A DNA stretch of 64,000 bases from Phyllobates terribilis (GCF_046119375.1 NW_027362765.1:184202001-184266000), one strand, 5' to 3'. Positions 38,661 through 50,225 are shown, counted from the stretch's first letter. Notes: generated by a model from the letters alone, not told the origin. A program made the numbers and translations.

Positions 38661-39729
38661 CGGTTTTAACATACTGTAGTTCCCAACCATACCGAATCCA
38701 GAGGGACTGCCCCGATTTGAGGGAACAGTCCCACTATCCCGGCAGGTCAGTGCTGTATCCTGGCTTCCTCCTACATTCTGAGATGTATTCTCTCCAACAT
38801 CTTCATTGCTCTGTAGTTCCTCCACCACGAGGGGCGGGACAGGCAAGTCTCTGCTCTGCATAAATTTACATTAATTAAATAAATAGTTCTTTTTTACTTG
38901 AGATCTGGTCTCATCGGGATTAAAATCCACAACCTGCATCATTGCTGGCAGTAGCAAAAGTTGTGAGCCACTACCTGCACTGACAAAAATGGGAGGATTT
39001 TATGTATGTTAATATACATTGTACACTATGAAATCACAGGCAGATTGTACAGAGATACATCTGTATATAGCAATGCATTTCTATGTACCTGTTTTCTAGA
39101 GGGAAAATTAAAGTTTTTTTTAGTCCTATAAAATTACTAAAAAATAATGAAAAACACTGCACGTCAAAGCCCAGTATCCAGCCGGCGCTTGTGGCCAATG
39201 AAAGCAGAGAAGAGAGGGAAAGCATGCGCTGGATACTGGGCTGTGACATGTGGTGAAACGCCGCCCACAGCCCAGTCAATCGTGGGTGTGCATATGATTG
39301 GGTCATGCCTGGGTGAATCAAATCTGGAAGTTGACGTGACATCAGTGGATGTCAGCAGTAGAGATGAGCGTTGTTCTACTCGAACTGTTCGCCAATCTCA
39401 AATTCGAGCTGTTTTGGGCGGTGTTCGAGCCGGTCGGCGAACACGAACAATTTGAGAAAAATTCGGCTGTTCGAGGTTATGTTCGATAACTGTTCGTGCA
39501 CCAAAATCATAACTGGATTTTTTCTCAGTAATGATGAAAATTAATGTTAATACGCAGTTTGAGTGTACAGCGGGGCGGGGGGAGGGGCAGGGGATGGATC
39601 TCTGCAGGAACAATGAAGATCTCCATTTTTTTTTCTCTTTCCCGCATTTGCAGTGGGGAGGTGCAATCTGTCAGCCTATCAGCAGCGCACACACGGAGCG
39701 AAGTGCTTTTTTTCACACAAGCAAGGGCA

Positions 39730-39775
39730 TGTGTGATTGGCAGTGTATGTCACATGTCCTTGCCCTATAAGACCA
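39730..39775 (+). promoter_or_regulatory. Possible transposase promoter (reverse CCAAT plus TATA-like)
   Basis: GATTGG at ~39735 and CTATAAGA at ~39765, upstream of the array and ORF. An acceptor-like TTTTTTGTGCAAACAACTCCAG lies just before the ATG. Motif-only inference. Confidence 0.3.
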
Positions 39776-40277
39776 AGCCATTTTCCCCGTTGCCACCATT
39801 TTCTCACTGCTGCAGCTGCGTGTTAGACGGCACCGCTGTTGCTGTGTGCGCTATACCTTGTTAATTTCAAGCCAATTTTCGCACAAATATACAGATAGCT
39901 TGGGAGTAGGGAATAGTTGTGATTGCAGTCCTTTTAAGGACTAGGTTACAGCATTTCCTACGACTTTTATCAGGCAGGTCTGTGCTCTTAAATAGATAGA
40001 TTGTGGGAGTAAAGACTAATTGTAATTGGAGTCCTTTTCAGGACTAGGTTACATCAGTTCCTATCAGTTTTTGCCAGGCAGGTCTGTGCCAGTGCTGTGC
40101 AAGTTTTTTTCACAGCATTTGGCTGAATCTAGCAAAGCTAATCCTTTTTGGCCTATTGCAGAGTGTGTTAGTCAGTGGAGTAGCCTATCTGTGTTGCAAG
40201 ATATACCACCTGTGTATAGAATACCAATTTTTTTACTGCACCTAGTGAAGTAAAATCTTTTGGGCATAGCATCATTC

Positions 40278-41442
40278 TATTAGTCCATCTATACTGACCT
40301 CCATCAGGTTGCAAACTGAATATAATTTTTTTCTGCATCTAGCTCTGAAAAAATATTTGGGCTTCTAGCAGTGTGTGGGACTTGGTCTATTAGTCCATCT
40401 ATACTGACCTCCATCAGGTTGCAAATTAAAAATAATTTTTTTCTTCATTTAGCTCTGAAAAAATATTTGGGCTTCTAGCAGTGTGTGGGACTTGTTCTAT
40501 TAGTCCTTCTATACTGACCTCCAGCAGGTTGCAAATTGAATATAATTTTTTTCTGCATCTAGCTCTGAAAAAATATTTGGGCTTCTAGCGGTGTGTGGGA
40601 CTTGGTCTATTAGTCCATCTATACTGACCTCCATCAGGTTGCAAATTAAAAATAATTTTTTTCTGCATCTAGCTCTGAAAAAATATTTGGGCTTCTAGCA
40701 GCGTGTGGGACTTGGTCTATTAGTCCATCTATACTGACCTCCATCAGGTTGCAAATTAAAAATAATTTTTTTCTGCATCTAGCTCTGAAAAAATATTTGG
40801 GCTTCTAGCAGTGTGTGGGACTTGGTCTATTAGTCCATCTATACTGACCTCCATCAGGTTGCAAATTAAAAATAATTTTTTTCTGCATCTAGCTCTGAAA
40901 AAATATTTGGGCTTCTAGCAGTGTGTGGGACTTGGTCTATTAGTCCATCTATACTGACCTCCATCAGGTTGCAAATTGAATAAAAAAATTTTCTGCATCT
41001 AGCTCTGAAAAAATATTTGGGCTTCTAGCGGTGTGTGGGACTTGGTCTATTAGTCCATCTATACTGACCTCCATCAGGTTGCAAATTAAAAATAATTTTT
41101 TTCTGCATCTAGCTCTGAAAAAATATTTGGGCTTCTAGCAGTGTGTGGGACTTGGTCTATTAGTCCATCTATACTGACCTCCATCAGGTTGCAAATTAAA
41201 AATAATTTTTTTCTTCATTTAGCTCTGAAAAAATATTTGGGCTTCTAGCAGTGTGTGGGACTTGTTCTATTAGTCCTTCTATACTGACGTCCAGCAGGTT
41301 GCAAATTGAATATAATTTTTTTCTGCATCTAGCTCTGAAAAAATATTTGGGCTTCTAGCGGTGTGTGGGACTTGGTCTATTAGTCCATCTATACTGACCT
41401 CCATCAGGTTGCAAATTAAAAATAATTTTTTTCTGCATCTAA
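40278..41442. repeat. 110-bp tandem array, ~10.6 copies, in the hAT copy A leader
   Basis: TATTAGTCC(A/T)TCTATACTGAC starts at 40278, 40388, 40498 and so on up to 41378. Confidence 0.95.
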
Positions 41443-41557
41443 CCCAGCCAATAGTTTTGGCCTAATACCACAGTTTGGCCACTCAGCTCTGCTCGGTTAC
41501 CATCCATTGTTTTTTTGTGCAAACAACTCCAGAGTTGTGAATTAGTTAACCACCAAA

Positions 41558-44500
41558 ATGAGTGGAAAAAGGCCTGCTGCTGGTGGAAAGGGGAATAGGC
41601 GTGTTGGGAAGGGGAAAAAAGGTTGTGTCCGTGGGGTAGGTGCAGAAGAAAGACCATCTTCCAGCCAAACTAAAATGTCTACTTCTTTTAGCGGACAATG
41701 TGATAAGATCCCTTTCTTACGGCCACGCCAATCGCTACAAATTCCAGATGAGGCACAAAAACAGCAGGTGCTTCAACGGATATCAAGTGCTCCTTTAAGT
41801 GGGCTCTCCTCCACATCAACTTCAACATCACAAATACTCCAGTCCTCAAAGGTGTCACCCAAATCGCACTTGCTTCCTCACAGCTCCCAAATCTCCAGCT
41901 GCCCGTCTGAGTATGAGGTAGAACAGATGGTTGAGTCTGCAGAGCTGTTTACTCATACTATAGCCTGGGAATCAGAGGTCGACTCCAGCGCTTCTGTGAA
42001 TCCAGACGAGGAAATGATCTGCACTGATGCCCAGAATCTTTATGAGTCGGATCCAGGACCAGACGCAGAAGGTTCTGACCATAATGTAGACCCTCATTCC
42101 CAAACTGTAACTCCTGTTGGTGGAGACAATGAGGAAGACGATGATAAGACTCAAATACCTGATTGGAGCGACAACTTTAGTTTTTTGCCAGGGCAGGAAC
42201 AGGTTGGCTCTGAGGACGACGGGTGTGATAACGCACAGGGTGATGATGATGAGGTCGGAGATCCCACTTACTGTCAACCCACAGTCAGCCAAGAGATGAG
42301 GTCAGCAGAGGAGGTGGAGGAAGATGCTAGTGACGACGAGGTCAGGTTGCGCCTTCCTGGACAGAGACGTAGTACTGGAAGCACGTCAACAACTGCATCC
42401 TCAAACACAACTCTGCCTCTCACCACAAGTCGTGGTGGCTCTTCAGGTCGCATGGGTGCTAAGCCTTGCATAGCCTGGGCATTTTTTCAGATCGATAAAG
42501 ATGACCCAACTCGTGTTATCTGTAACATTTGTCAGCAAAAGCTAAGTAGAGGCCAAAAAATACATAGTTTGAGTACTTCATGCATGAACCGGCACATGGA
42601 CATGAAGCATAAGTTGCAGTGGGAAGCTCAGTGTGCTACAATGCGGCCTAGCCGGCCGAGCCAATCACCGTCTGCCATATCTTGTGCATCCGCGGCCTCT
42701 TCATCCTCTGTGACTGGGGGGACAGCAGTCACACCTGTTTTGGGGCGCAGACCTGCCACCTCTTTACCCGCAACAGCCAGCGTGATTGGCAGGTCATCAT
42801 TTTCTTTGGAGGTGGTAACACCAGCTGGTGTTGAGCGCTGTCCGACATCGATAGCACCACCTTTGGATCAAGGCAACCTAACATGTCCGCCTGCATCTTC
42901 CTCACAGACCGGCAGTTTGCCGGGGACACCCTTATCAACCCCGTCTAAGCACAATAGCCAGCCCTCGGTCCCTCAGATGTGGACAAGTAAAAGACCATTT
43001 CCTCCTAGCCATGAGAAAGCTAAGAGGTTGAATTTCACCATCTGCAAGCTCTTGGCTACAGAAATGCTGCCTTTCCGCCTGGTGGACACAGAGGATTTTC
43101 GAGACCTTATGTCCGTCGCAGTGCCCCAGTACCAGATGCCCAGTCGGCACTACTTCTCAAAGAAAGGTGTGCCTGCGCTCCACCAGCATGTCGCACACAA
43201 CATCACCGCTTCTTTGAGAAACTCTGTGTGTGACAGGGTGCATTTCACCACAGACACTTGGACGAGTAGGCATGGACAGGGGCGTTACATGTCGCTGACT
43301 GGGCACTGGGTAACTATGGTGACAGCAGGACAAGGGGCTGCTGTCCAAGTCTTGCCGTCCCCACGAGTTGTGCGTCAATCCTCTTTATGTCATTTTTCCT
43401 CCACTGCTTCTGCCTCCTCAACCTCCTCTCGGTCTTCCACCTGCACCCAAAGCCTGTCTGGTCATGCCACAAGCTTTCTAACTGCGCAGAAGGGATCCTG
43501 CACACCTCCTTACTATGCTGGCAGTAGGGCTCAACGTCATCAGGCGGTTTTTACATTGAAATGTCTGGGAAATGTGAGTCACACAGCTGAGGAGTTGTGG
43601 TCAGCTCTGGAGAACCAATTTCATGAATGGTTGTCTCCACTGGACCTGAAACCAGGGAAGGCCGTGTGCGACAATGCTGCAAACCTGGGTGCGGCCCTTC
43701 GCCGGGGCAATGTCACACACGTGCCTTGTATGGCTCACGTGTTGAACCTGGTTGTCCAGCAATTTTTAGCCCACTATCCCAGACTAGATGGCCTTCTGCA
43801 GAGGGCACGGTCGCTGTGTGCTCACTTCCGCCGTTCGCATCCCGCAGCTCAGCGACTTACATCTCTACAGAAGTCGTTGGGCCTGCCACTTCACCGGCTA
43901 AAATGCGATGTGCCTACCCGGTGGAATTCAACTCTGCACATGTTGCAGCGACTGTGGCAGCACCGACAAGCCTTGGTGCAATACGTTCTGACGTATAGCC
44001 TGGGCCAACGAGATTCAGAGGTGGGGCAAATAACGCTGGAGGAGTGGTCTCAGATCAGGGACCTATGCACCCTTCTGCACAGTTTTGAAATGGCGACGAA
44101 GATGTTTAGTGCTGACGATGCCATTATCAGCATGACTATTCCGGTGATTTACATGCTGGAGCACATGTTAAACAGAATTCGGAGTCAGGTGGTGGCACAA
44201 GAGGAGGTGGAGGAAGTAGAGGAGGAGGAGTTGTATGCGGAAGGGCTAACATCTGCAAGGTCCAGACGGTCGGCAGCACCAGGGCGGCAGGCATGTGAGG
44301 GTGGGGGAGATGATTTTACCAGGGCGCATGGTAGCAGCCAAACTAGTGAGGAAGGTGCAGGAGCCCAGGAAGAAGTGGAGGACGAACTGATGGAAGACTC
44401 ATCAGATGAGGGAGACCTTGATCACATTTCTGTTGTGCGAGGTTGGGGGGAGAGGACAGAGGAAGGAAGCATGATTGTTACCTCGCCACCAACACAACAG

Positions 44501-45238
44501 GGACTTGGTGCTCCTGGATGCGCAACACACATGAGTGCCTTCTTGCTGCACTACCTGCAACATGACCCTCGAATTGTGAGAATTAGAAATAATCCTGACT
44601 ACTGGGTTGCCACACTGTTAGATCCCCGGTACAAAAGTAAATTTGCAGAAATTATTCCTGCCATAGAAAGGGATGCACGCATGCAGGAGTATCAGCAGAG
44701 ACTGTTGCAGAATCTTACATGTGCTTTTCCACAAAATACCAGTGGTGCACGTAGTGAATCTCACAGTTCCTACTTGCCAACCGTGGGACCGTCAAGTGTT
44801 CAGCACTCAAACCGTAACAGAACCACAGTATCTGCTGGTAACATCAATTTTGCGGAATCATTTCACCACTTTTTTAGCCCATCCTTTGCAAGGCCACAGG
44901 AGACAAGAAGTCTGACACATAGTCAACGCCTAGAGACGATGGTACAGGAGTATCTCCAAGTAAACATTGAAGCCACGACTGTGTCACTGGACCCTTGCTC
45001 TTTTTGGGCTTCCAATCTGGATAAATGGCCGGAGCTAGCCACTTACGCCTTGGAGATCTTGTCATGCCCCGCAGCCAGCGTTCTGTCTGAACGTGTGTTC
45101 AGCGCTGCTGGTGGTGTGCTGACAGATAAGCGCACGCGGCTCTCCACTGATAATGTAGACAGACTCACGTTCATAAAGATGAACAAATCATGGATCCGAA
45201 TCGACTTTTCTACCCCTGTGTCATCCTGGGGAGAGTAA
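41558..45238 (+). CDS. hAT (Ac-family) transposase, 1226 aa, apparently intact
   Basis: Basic N-terminus; zf-BED (AWAFF...CNICQQKL...RHMDMKH); catalytic TTDTWTS and CDNAAN; CxxH (PCMAH); DVPTRWNST; dimerisation domain WPELATYALEILSCPAASVLSERVFS containing the catalytic E. Single uninterrupted ORF. Confidence 0.95.
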   Translation: MSGKRPAAGGKGNRRVGKGKKGCVRGVGAEERPSSSQTKMSTSFSGQCDKIPFLRPRQSLQIPDEAQKQQVLQRISSAPLSGLSSTSTSTSQILQSSKVSPKSHLLPHSSQISSCPSEYEVEQMVESAELFTHTIAWESEVDSSASVNPDEEMICTDAQNLYESDPGPDAEGSDHNVDPHSQTVTPVGGDNEEDDDKTQIPDWSDNFSFLPGQEQVGSEDDGCDNAQGDDDEVGDPTYCQPTVSQEMRSAEEVEEDASDDEVRLRLPGQRRSTGSTSTTASSNTTLPLTTSRGGSSGRMGAKPCIAWAFFQIDKDDPTRVICNICQQKLSRGQKIHSLSTSCMNRHMDMKHKLQWEAQCATMRPSRPSQSPSAISCASAASSSSVTGGTAVTPVLGRRPATSLPATASVIGRSSFSLEVVTPAGVERCPTSIAPPLDQGNLTCPPASSSQTGSLPGTPLSTPSKHNSQPSVPQMWTSKRPFPPSHEKAKRLNFTICKLLATEMLPFRLVDTEDFRDLMSVAVPQYQMPSRHYFSKKGVPALHQHVAHNITASLRNSVCDRVHFTTDTWTSRHGQGRYMSLTGHWVTMVTAGQGAAVQVLPSPRVVRQSSLCHFSSTASASSTSSRSSTCTQSLSGHATSFLTAQKGSCTPPYYAGSRAQRHQAVFTLKCLGNVSHTAEELWSALENQFHEWLSPLDLKPGKAVCDNAANLGAALRRGNVTHVPCMAHVLNLVVQQFLAHYPRLDGLLQRARSLCAHFRRSHPAAQRLTSLQKSLGLPLHRLKCDVPTRWNSTLHMLQRLWQHRQALVQYVLTYSLGQRDSEVGQITLEEWSQIRDLCTLLHSFEMATKMFSADDAIISMTIPVIYMLEHMLNRIRSQVVAQEEVEEVEEEELYAEGLTSARSRRSAAPGRQACEGGGDDFTRAHGSSQTSEEGAGAQEEVEDELMEDSSDEGDLDHISVVRGWGERTEEGSMIVTSPPTQQGLGAPGCATHMSAFLLHYLQHDPRIVRIRNNPDYWVATLLDPRYKSKFAEIIPAIERDARMQEYQQRLLQNLTCAFPQNTSGARSESHSSYLPTVGPSSVQHSNRNRTTVSAGNINFAESFHHFFSPSFARPQETRSLTHSQRLETMVQEYLQVNIEATTVSLDPCSFWASNLDKWPELATYALEILSCPAASVLSERVFSAAGGVLTDKRTRLSTDNVDRLTFIKMNKSWIRIDFSTPVSSWGE

Positions 45239-45442
45239 AAGCTTGATGATTGGTTAAAATCACCCTACCAACCGTTTTAAGCTTTCAAATTACTAATCAT
45301 GTTTATCTGTATCTTGACTGGAAAATAATTTGGGCTTTGTAGCAGTGTGCAGCACTGATCCTATTAGGCCATCTATAATAAGCTTCACCAGATTTAAAAT
45401 TAAAAATAATTTTTAGCTGCATCTAGCCCGGAAAATAATTTT

Positions 45443-47008
45443 GGGGCTCCGAGATGCGCAAGACACATAAGTGCCTTCTTGCTGCACTACCTGCAGCATG
45501 ACCCTCATATTGTCAGAATTCGAAGTAATCATGACTACTGGGTTGCCACACTCTTAGATCCCCCAAACTTTTCGATCAACCTTTTCATTTTAATAAAGAC
45601 CAAAAAAATGGTCATTTTTGAAATTATAAGCATTAGCAGGTTGTTAGAAACTGAAATCAAACAGTTTTCAACTCAAAACTTTATTCTAGGTGATGTTACA
45701 TTTTCACATAGGACCCCTTGTTCGAAAGGAGCTTCTGAACTCTCTCGTCCATTGAATTTGTCAGGTTTTGGATGGTTTCTGCTTCAATTGTTTTGCATGA
45801 GGACAGAATACCCTCCCAGAGCTGTTGCTTAGATGTGAACTGCCTCCCGCCATCATAGACACTCCTTTTAATGATGCTCCAAAGGTTCTGAATGGGGTAG
45901 AGGTCAGGAGAGCATGGGGGTCACACCATAAGTTTGTCCCCTTTTATGCCCATATCAGCCAGAGATGCAGATGTTTTATGTGCAGCATGAGATGGTGCAT
46001 TATCATGCAGAAAAATGATCTTGCTGTGAAATACACGGTTCTTCTTCTTGAACCATGGCAGGAAGTGCTGTTTGAGAAAATCCACATACATTATGGAGTT
46101 CATCTTTAGCGCCTTCAGGGATCCTAAAGGGGCCGACAATCTCTCTCCCCATGATTCCAGCCCAAAACATTACTCCACCTCCTCCTTGTTGGCGCTGTAG
46201 CCGTGTTTGCGTGGGGTGTCCATCAACCAGCCATCCTCCACTCCATTCATCTGGACCATCGAGCGCTGCACGGCACTCATCCGTGAACAAAACAGTTTTG
46301 AAATCAGTCTTCATGTAATGTTTGGCCCACTGGAGCCGTTTCTGCTTGTGTGAAGTGGATAGAGGAGGTCGACAGGATGGCGTATGCACAGCTGCAAACC
46401 TCTGAAGGACCCTGCATCTTGTTGTTCGGGGGACGTTGGAGGCACAAGCAGCTTCAAAAACTTGTCTGCTGCTATGACTAGGCTTTTTTGCCGCTGCTGT
46501 TTCAACCTGACGTAATTGCCTGTAGGAAAGAGTCCTCAATTTGCCCTTATCAGCACGCACACGTGTGTACTGTGAATCAGCTACATACTTCTTGATTGCC
46601 AAGACACTTCATCCTGATCATCGCACAATGTTGATTGTAGTCATGCCTTGACCTAAACACTCCACAATTTGTTGCTTCTCAGCAGCCGACACATCCTTTT
46701 TCTTTCCCATTTTGGCAGAAAATGTAGGCTGCTTAATAATGTGAGAGAGCCTTCTTAAGTAGTCTTGCCTTTCATTGGACACACCTGCCAAACTAATTAG
46801 CACAGGTGTCTGCAATTGCTTACAGTGATATAAAGAGCCCTGACACACATCACCATCAATGAGTTTAACTGACAAACAAACAAATTCTTCCCTTATCACT
46901 CCTAAACACTTTTTGCATAATAATTTGGAACGCGGTGTACATGTGCTTTTCCACAAAACACCAGTGGTTCACGTAGTGAATCTTACAGTTCTAACTTGCC
47001 AACCGTGG
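45443..47008 (+). pseudogene. Second, diverged fragment of the hAT transposase (45443-45563 and 46938-47008) split by the Tc1-like insertion
   Basis: Matches ~44508-44627 (LHYLQHDP...ATLLDP) and ~44716-44787 of the intact ORF. The ~90 bp between them is missing. Confidence 0.85.
45564..46937 (-). mobile_element. Tc1-like DD37E (TRT-type) element remnant, one TIR retained
   Basis: Broken ORF 45696-46710 (MGKKKDVS...VLFTDEC...GGGVMFWAGI...HDNAPSH...PIQNLW). 37 residues lie between the second D and the degenerate E position. End TA|CACCGCGTTCCAAATTATTATGCA. Confidence 0.85.
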
Positions 47009-47009
47009 T

Positions 47010-48835
47010 CTGTATGGAATTGTTCAATAAAGGGCCCAAAATTAAGATAACATAGATGGGAGAGGTCTCTATGAATAGGAATTCCTAAGTATTTGATACC
47101 CTGTGAGGGCCAGGCAAAGGGAAAGTTGGACTGGATGGAATCCTATATGAATTTAGGGAGGGAGACATCGAGGGCCTCAGACTTCGCTGCATTGATTTTA
47201 AAATTTTACCATGTAACAAAGTGATCTATTTCAGCCATAACAGCAGGGATGGATATATGTGATTGAGTGATATATACTAGGACATCATCAGCAAATAGAG
47301 AGCACTTGTACTCGGTGCCTCCCACCTCAATCCACCTAATATTGGGGTTATGGCGAATTGATGAGAGCAGGTGCTCCGTCACTAGGATGTATAAGAGAGG
47401 GGACAGAGGACATCCCTGCCTTGTCCCATTGGTGATTGTGAAAGGTGATGAAAATGTTCTGACGCACCCCCTGGGCCTTGGGACACCCGGAGCCGGACCC
47501 TTTTTGGTGGATGCTGGTGGTTGTAGTCTTCGTGGCGGCGATCCGGTTCCGTGGCTCAGGGCGGTCAAACCAGTGGCGGAACTATTTATGTGGTTTTGAT
47601 GTTTAAATGTCCGACTATGCCACCCGTGGATTGCGGTCAGAGTGAACCGCCGCTACAGGGCAGACCGCTAAGGCTGGTGTTGTGGGTGCAGCAGAGCGTA
47701 GCATAACTCCCCACGGGAGGAGTATAGCCTCAGGGCAGTGTATGCGGAGGATGGGGGTGATGGTGCAGGGCAGCAGCAGTAACGACACGGAGTCAGTGAT
47801 GCAGTTCAGGGCCTTTACTCACAGTTCTTATTATCCAGACCACGTCTGCAGGTAACGGCTGCCCACGTCGTACTGTGCTCACCAGGTGAGGGGCTCAGAC
47901 AACTCCCAGATAACTTTGGAGCGCTTCACAGGACCCCCTTTGTGTGTCCTTTGTCTGGCCTTTCTTACCAACACTTCTGTCCGGCTGCCTCGGGCCTCCT
48001 CTTGGTAAACTTGGCGCCAGTTTCCCTGACCCTATGTGGTGCCTTCCTAGCGGGTGGAGCAAGGGGCTGCGCCACATAAAATGTCAGAGCCTCCGGTTTC
48101 TAGCTGAGGGTCGTTTCCTGCCTCCACTAGTTCGGGGACCGGTCTCCCCCTTTGGCCTGACCCCTCCACGCAGGTGGATTCGGGCGTGCGGTGGCGACTC
48201 GCCCGTCCGCACCCCTGGGATCCCTTCATTCCTCGTTCCTGGAGCCTTCTCCGCTCCTCTTCCTTCCTTCTCCCTCTTGCAGGCCTGGGCCTCTGTTACT
48301 AGGCCCGCCTCCAGAGCAGAGCTCATGCAGAGCCCCTGCTCCCTGCCACTTCTGCTCAGACTTCTCTGCACTGAACTAAGATGGTGCCCACCTTTTATAC
48401 TCCCTTCTCAATGCACCCAGGAACTGCTTCCTCCCTGCTCCTGCACTGCAGGGTTCCCCTTCCTCAGTGTTCCCTCCCCCCACTCCAGCCAGGGACAGGG
48501 ACTGTCGTGCCCATCTCAGGGGCATATTGGTCGCCCTGCCCCACGGCAATGTGGTGTAATGCATGCAGGTGTCGGGTCCTGATCCACACTCCATCCTTAT
48601 CTGAGAGTGAGATATCACACCTCTGGGTGAGGTGCAATACGTCTGTAGCAACCGAGCCCTCGGTGCTACAGTTCCATTTATCTTCAGCCTAGGTGACGTA
48701 TTGTGATACAGGGCCGTGATTTTGGCTATAAAAGGGTCCCCTAGACCCCTACCCCAAGCTTTTTAAGAGAATCATATATGGCGTGCCAGGAGACTCTATG
48801 GAATGCTTTCTCAGCATCCAACGAGAGTATCTACT
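47010..48835 (-). pseudogene. L1-type reverse transcriptase fragment split by a solo LTR
   Basis: LSLDAEKAF...KING|TFSSPFTITNGTRQGCPLSP...LFADD...KINAAKS...KYLGI on the minus strand. Confidence 0.9.
47460..48670 (-). mobile_element. Solo LTR (1211 bp) inside the L1 fragment of copy A
   Basis: TG...CA ends and 4-bp TSD GTTC at 47456-47459 and 48671-48674. Confidence 0.9.
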
Positions 48836-48941
48836 TACAAATTTTTAACTGCATCTAGCCAAGGAAATACTTTGTGCCTAGTAGCAGTGTCTGCTAGTCA
48901 GCGGATTATCCTGGCTGTTAAGCAAGCTACACCACCTGTAG

Positions 48942-49208
48942 TTTGGACACTTAATTTTTTCAAAGGAAATGCTTCGGGACCACGGGATACTTAGTGAAGA
49001 GCATCAGGAGGCACCCCAAGGCATAGGGGCTGGGACTGGCACTAGGATGCCTTGCGGTGGACAGCCGAGCTCGATCCTTATAAAAGCTTTTTAACTGCAG
49101 CAGCTTTAGTGGACGCTACTGGAGCTGGAATTACGCGGCTGCTGGCATGAGACTTGCCCTCCAATAGATCCTTGTAAATGGATTTAAAGTGTATTCATTC
49201 AAATTAGA
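48942..49208 (-). pseudogene. Degenerate 18S rRNA fragment (helix 18 / 530-loop through part of V4) in copy A
   Basis: The reverse complement contains TTGGAGGGCAAGTC..TGCCAGCAGCCGCG-TAATTCCAGCTCCA..GCTGCAGTTAAAAAGC..GATGCTCTT..CTTTGAAAAAATTA, collinear with vertebrate 18S. Confidence 0.9.
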
Positions 49209-50225
49209 GGGACAATTTAAATTAAAAAGCTTAGAGCTGCCTCCACCACAGGGGGGCTCTCTCGACCCACCAGCGGACAGGCACCAGTATTGGGAGAGGG
49301 GGGCTGGCCGTCAGGGTTCACCGCGGCTCTGGCACAAACCCGGCGACACGGAGGTGGCACGGGCAGGAGCGGACTGGCCGTCTCGGCTTCTCACTTTTTG
49401 GATTTTAGAAGGGCATGACATGCCTATATCTGTGTCTCCCCCTCCTTTTACTCCTCCACCTCTTTTCTTTTCGCATGACTATATGTACTTGTCACTTTTC
49501 CATGTGTTAGTTGTGTCTTCTGAGCAGTTTGTCAGCTTTTGGACACCTTTGAAGGTGTTTTCTATGTGTTTCTATGTGTTTTTGTTTGCCTGCCATTGGT
49601 TTTAACGGTGTTCGAAGGTGTTCGACGAACAGTTCGACGAACAGTTCGGCGAACACACGGGTGTTCGACGAACCGAACCGAACTCGAACACTATGGGGGT
49701 GGCTCAACACTAGTCAGCAGTAGTGTTGAGCCACCCCCGTAGTGTTCGAGTTCGGTTCGGTTCGTCGAACACCCGTGTGTTCGCCGAACTGTTCGTCGAA
49801 CTGTTCGTCGAACACCTTCGAACACCGTTAAAACCAATGGCAGGCAAACAAAAACACATAGAAACACATAGAAAACACCTTCAAAGGTGTCCAAAAGCTG
49901 ACAAACTGCTCAGAAGACATAACTAACACATGGAAAAGTGACAAGTACATATAGTCATGCGAAAATAAAAGAGGTGGAGGAGTAAAAGGAGGGGGAGACA
50001 CAGATATAGGCATGTCATGCCCTTCTAAAATCCAAAAAGTGAGAAGCCGACACGGCCAGTCCGCTCCTGCCCGTGCCACCTCCGTGTCGCCGGGTTTGTG
50101 CCAGAGCCGCGGTGAACCCTGACGGCCAGCCCCCCTCTCCCAATACTGGTGCCTGTCCGCTGGTGGGTCGAGCGAGCCCCCCTGTGGTGGAGGCAGCTCT
50201 AAGCTTTTTAATTTAAATTGTCTCT

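Larger units (their letters stand above)
39359..49712 (+). mobile_element. Composite hAT transposon copy A (10,354 bp)
   Basis: Ends TAGAGATGAGC and (reverse complement) TAGTGTTGAGC, a 9/11 TIR. 8-bp TSD GTCAGCAG on both sides. Dense CGAAC/GTTCG subterminal motifs at both ends and an internal transposase ORF. Confidence 0.96.

Noticed and set aside
41558-45238. Domesticated host ZBED gene (ZBED4/ZBED6-like)
   Set aside because: The ORF lies within intact TIRs and a TSD and has a pseudogenised twin, so it is a transposon gene. No gene symbol was assigned.
49225-49390. GC-rich segment next to the 18S fragment as 28S/ETS-derived sequence
   Set aside because: I could not match it to any rRNA sequence from memory; it needs an alignment.
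49507-49926. Mirror-image 67-aa ORFs at the palindrome centre
   Set aside because: They are by-products of the subterminal CGAAC repeats and the inversion.
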